Positions 60,586 through 64,000 of a DNA stretch of 64,000 nt are shown piece after piece. This stretch comes from the human T2T-CHM13v2.0 reference genome, Homo sapiens: NCBI RefSeq assembly GCF_009914755.1, contig NC_060939.1, one strand, 5' to 3'. The notes beneath the pieces are model-generated. The model had not been told where the DNA came from. It worked only from the letters and a program-made list of their open reading frames with translations, and made no database searches. Numbering within the stretch: position 1 is the stretch's first letter; each line of letters opens with the position of its first letter. A program made the translations under genes and the position numbers.

Positions 60586-61559
60586 CAAAGCCGCCTGTGA
60601 GGAAAACTAGCGTAGCAATGGTGAGTTCAAGGGGTAGAAGGGATGGTGTGCAGAGGCCTCCGAGGAGTGGACAGTGCTGAGTGGTGGGTAAAGCAAAGGC
60701 CAGAAAGGTTCTCGGACACTGGGCTGATGCAGAACATCAGGATGAGAATGCACCTTCACAGGGCATATTCCGCCCCTTCATCACCATTACCTTTCGCTGG
60801 TGTGGGCGGTGCGCTGGAACTGAGGCGTGCAAAGCTGTGGTTTCACAACAAAAGGAGGATGTGTTAGTGGTGGCGACCACAGAGTTTCTCTACTATCACC
60901 CTCCATGTTACACTCGTATTGAAATAGAAGTTTCACTTGTTTCTTTCTTTACTCCTAACCCCGCATGCTTACGCCTGAGTCGCGATGTCTAGCGCCCTTC
61001 TCAGAGTCCCTCCGGATGGGCTCGCACATGGCTTGCCACAAGAAGGGAGAGAACTTGTCAGTCAGCCCTGGGAGCCCGGCTGTCACTCACAGCCTGACAG
61101 CTCGGGCTCCGCGTCTTATTTTGGACTGTGTCGCTCTCCGCACCACCAGCAGCGCCTCTCAGTTTGGGTCTTGGGTGTCTGCTGAGGTGACTTGAGTAGA
61201 CTAGTGGGTAAGAGCTTAGGTAACAGCAAGAGGGAAAAAACAGTATGAAAATCCAAACCCGCTGCATGTGATCAGCCATGTATGGCAAGGACTATCACAT
61301 CAGTGGGGGCACAAATCAGTGTCCTCCTTTTTTTCTGGGATACTTACTAGCTGGCAACAAAGGGAAGGGGGTGGTGGAAAGGTCCAAGCCTCCCTCCACT
61401 CTCGTGCAGCCGGGAGTAGCAAATGCAGGGTTTTCCTGTTACGGGAGCCATGGTGCCGCTCCTTGTGACGTGCAGTGGTGAGCACTGAGCCAGGAACAGC
61501 GGGCAGCCGCTTGTGTGAGTGATCCTTCAGCAAACTCCACGCCCTGTGCTACCTAGAAC

Positions 61560-61750
61560 CTCATTTAACTAGGAGGCAGGTATTATAATTATTATCCTAT
61601 ATCGATGAAGTAACAAAAATTGAAGAGCTGAAGTAACTCGCTCCTCATCCACTCCCTCCACTCCCTCAAACACAAGTAACCCGGGATAGTGGAACTTGAA
61701 GTTCGGGCCACCTCCTTTCAGGGCCTGGCTCTCAATGTGGAAGCTCCAAG
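61560..61750 (-). mobile_element. MIR SINE
   Basis: AGGCAGGTATTATAATTATTATCC...GAAGTAACTCGCTC...GGAACTTGAAGTTCGGG. Confidence 0.55.
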
Positions 61751-62542
61751 GGATGGGAGCTAAACAGTTCCTCACAATAAAGTGGAGTGAGCTTGGCAGG
61801 GTGGGGCTTTGAAAGGATGTCTCTGAGCATGGAGAGTCAGGTCATGCAGGGGGGTTCTTCAGGGCAGTAATCAGAACCCCGGCACCACCAACTCCTCCTT
61901 CCACACCCAACCCATCGCCAAACATTTAGCACAGCTGCTATAGAAAGAAGCTTTGTAAAAGTATCCTTTTCTTCAATGCATCCCATACATCCCAGGGAAG
62001 TCACCAATTTTTACCTTTGCAATGATGTGGCATGAACCAAAGAGAAGAGCACAGTCACAAAGAGATGGAATTTGCATGGGATGGAGAGTCTGTCAGAGTT
62101 TTGAATTCCAAGCCTGTCTGCAGAAACAGAAGATACTTTGAGACTTTAAAAGCTCCAAGGATTAAAGGAATATTGGCTGTGGGGAGCAGAGGGGACACTG
62201 GATTCCTCACAGAACATGAAATGGAAATTAAGCCTTTGTTCTTTAACCTTAATGCTCGAGGTGGACTCAGGTGACGTCTGGGTACAAAAATAAGAAATGA
62301 CTGGGAAGGGTGGAGCTTCTCAAAGAACAGCCAAGCTGGCCACTCTGCGGCAGGGTGGATCCCTGTTGCTATGGTTCCTGCTGGCTGACAAGGGGCTGGG
62401 GAGGTAGCAGTAGACACCAAATGAGACAGACTGTTGATATCGTTTACAGAAGCAGCCCGCATCCTCCACCAATTGAGTTGCTAACGTTCCCTCTTTTGCC
62501 AGACCCCCAGGCTGCACAAGAAACTATCTGTATCATTAGATA

Positions 62543-63968
62543 CACGCCTGCCTTACTTTACTGTGCTTCACAGATACTGCATTTTTAACAATTTGAAGGT
62601 TTGTGGCAACCCAGCGTTGAGCATGTAAGTTGAACAACACTGTTTTTCCAACAGCATATGCTCACTTCATGTCTCTGGGTCATATTTTGGTAATTTTCAC
62701 AAGATTTCAATCTTAGTATTTCATTACTTTTATATTGGTTATGGTGACCTATAATCAGTGATATTTGATATTACTATTATTATCACTCTGGGGCACCAGG
62801 AATAGCACCCATATAAGATGGCAAACTTATCGTACAAATGTTGTGTGTCCTCTGACTGATCTACCAACTGACCCTTAACCCTGTATCTCTCCCTCTCCTT
62901 GGGCCTCCCTATTCCCTGAGACACAACAATATCAACATTAGGCCAGTTAGTAGCCCTCCAATGGCCTCTAAGGGTTTAAGTGAAAGGAAGAGTCGCCCAT
63001 CTCTCATGGTAAATGAAAAACCAGAAATGATTAAACTTAGTGAGGGAGGCAGGTCAAATGATTGATGTGCAAAAGATTTTTATAGGCCTAAAGTTAGGCC
63101 TTTTCTACCAGTTAGCCCAATTGTGAATGCAAAGAAAAAGTTTTAGTAGGAAATTAAAAGTGCTACTCTGGGGAATGATAAGAAAGTCCAACAGCCTTAC
63201 TGCTGATATTGATAGAATATCAAATCAGCCATAACGTTCCCTTAAGTCAAAGTTTAATCTGGAGTAAAATCCTGACTCTCTTCAATTCTGTGAAGGCTGA
63301 AAGAGTTAGGGCAGCTGCAGAAGAAAAGTTAGAAGATAGGAGAGATTGGTTCATGAGGTTTAAGCAACGAAGCCATTTCCATAACATAAAAGTGCAAGGT
63401 GAAGCAGCAAGTGCTGATGGAGAAGCTGCAGCAAGTTATCCAGAAGATCCCGCTAAAATCACTGATGAAGGTGGTTACACTAAACAACAGGTTTTCAGAG
63501 TAGACTTTGGAAGAAGTCTTTTCTAATGGAAGAAGAGGCCATGTAGGACTTTCATAGCAAAAGAGAAGAAGTCATTGTCTGGCTTCGGAGCTTCAAATGA
63601 CAGGCTGACTCTCTTGCTAGGGGCTAATTGCAGCTGCTGACTTTAAGTTGAAGCCAATGCTCACCCACCATTTTGAAAATCCCAGGGCCCTTAAGAATTC
63701 TGCTAATCTACTCCGCCTATGCTCAAAAAATCCAACAATAAAACCTGGGTGTCAACACGTTTACAAAACTGAATATTTTTAACCCACAGTTGAGACCTTC
63801 TGCTCAGAAAAAACATTCCTTTCAAAATGTTACTGCTCATTTTCAATGTACCTGGTCACTCAAGAGCTCTAATGGATATGTACAAAGAGATGAATGTTGT
63901 TTTCATGTCTGCTAACACAACATCCATTCTACAGCCCATAGATCAAGGAGAAACTGACTTTCAAGTTT
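62543..63968 (+). mobile_element. Tigger1 5' half with degraded transposase (ATG at 62961)
   Basis: CAGATACTGCATTTTT..TTGAAGGTTTGTGGCAACCC and ATGGCCTCTAAG..AGTGAAAGGAAGAGTCGC. ORF 63209..63526 ([34 protein letters not shown]) is CENP-B-like. Followed by (TTTA)n, probably an Alu tail running off the window. Confidence 0.9.
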
Positions 63969-64000
63969 TATTTATTTATTTATTTATTTATTTATTTTTT

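Noticed and set aside
61136-61156. RE1/NRSE-like 21-mer CTCCGCACCACCAGCAGCGCC
   Set aside because: It matches 16/21 positions but lacks the critical GGA core. It is also a poor CTCF match.
63209-63526. CENP-B/pogo-like ORF as a domesticated transposase
   Set aside because: It is a fragment of a decayed Tigger1 with stops and frameshifts on both sides.

Overview
Human (or very close great-ape) genomic DNA inside GABRB3 (GABA-A receptor beta-3 subunit, 15q12), transcribed on the minus strand. Four coding exons are resolved to the base with GT-AG sites and consistent phase: exon 4 (58124-57904, 221 nt), exon 5 (19930-19848, 83 nt, Cys-loop), exon 6 (16966-16829, 138 nt) and exon 7 (4239-4087, 153 nt, pre-M1/M1/start of M2). 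The ORF track shows exons 6 and 7 only in the wrong frame. The rest is intron, much of it transposon-derived: Alus, a young 5'-truncated L1PA, a ~14 kb nested L1M/LTR/ERV stack, Tigger, MER, MADE1, MIR and L2. I see no evidence of a new multi-gene biological system. The most notable observations are small. They include a ~90 bp RPL21 retrocopy with TSDs inside an LTR, an unassigned ~300 bp polyadenylated insert in an L1 3'UTR, and fold-back or templated-insertion scars in L1/Alu copies. There is also a palindromic 32-bp VNTR, a 58-bp non-tandem duplication, inverted Alu pairs bracketing exons, tandem RBFOX motifs beside a weak donor, and several candidate cryptic or poison exons. Repeat subfamily names and exon numbering come from my recall of consensus sequences and need RepeatMasker/Dfam confirmation.
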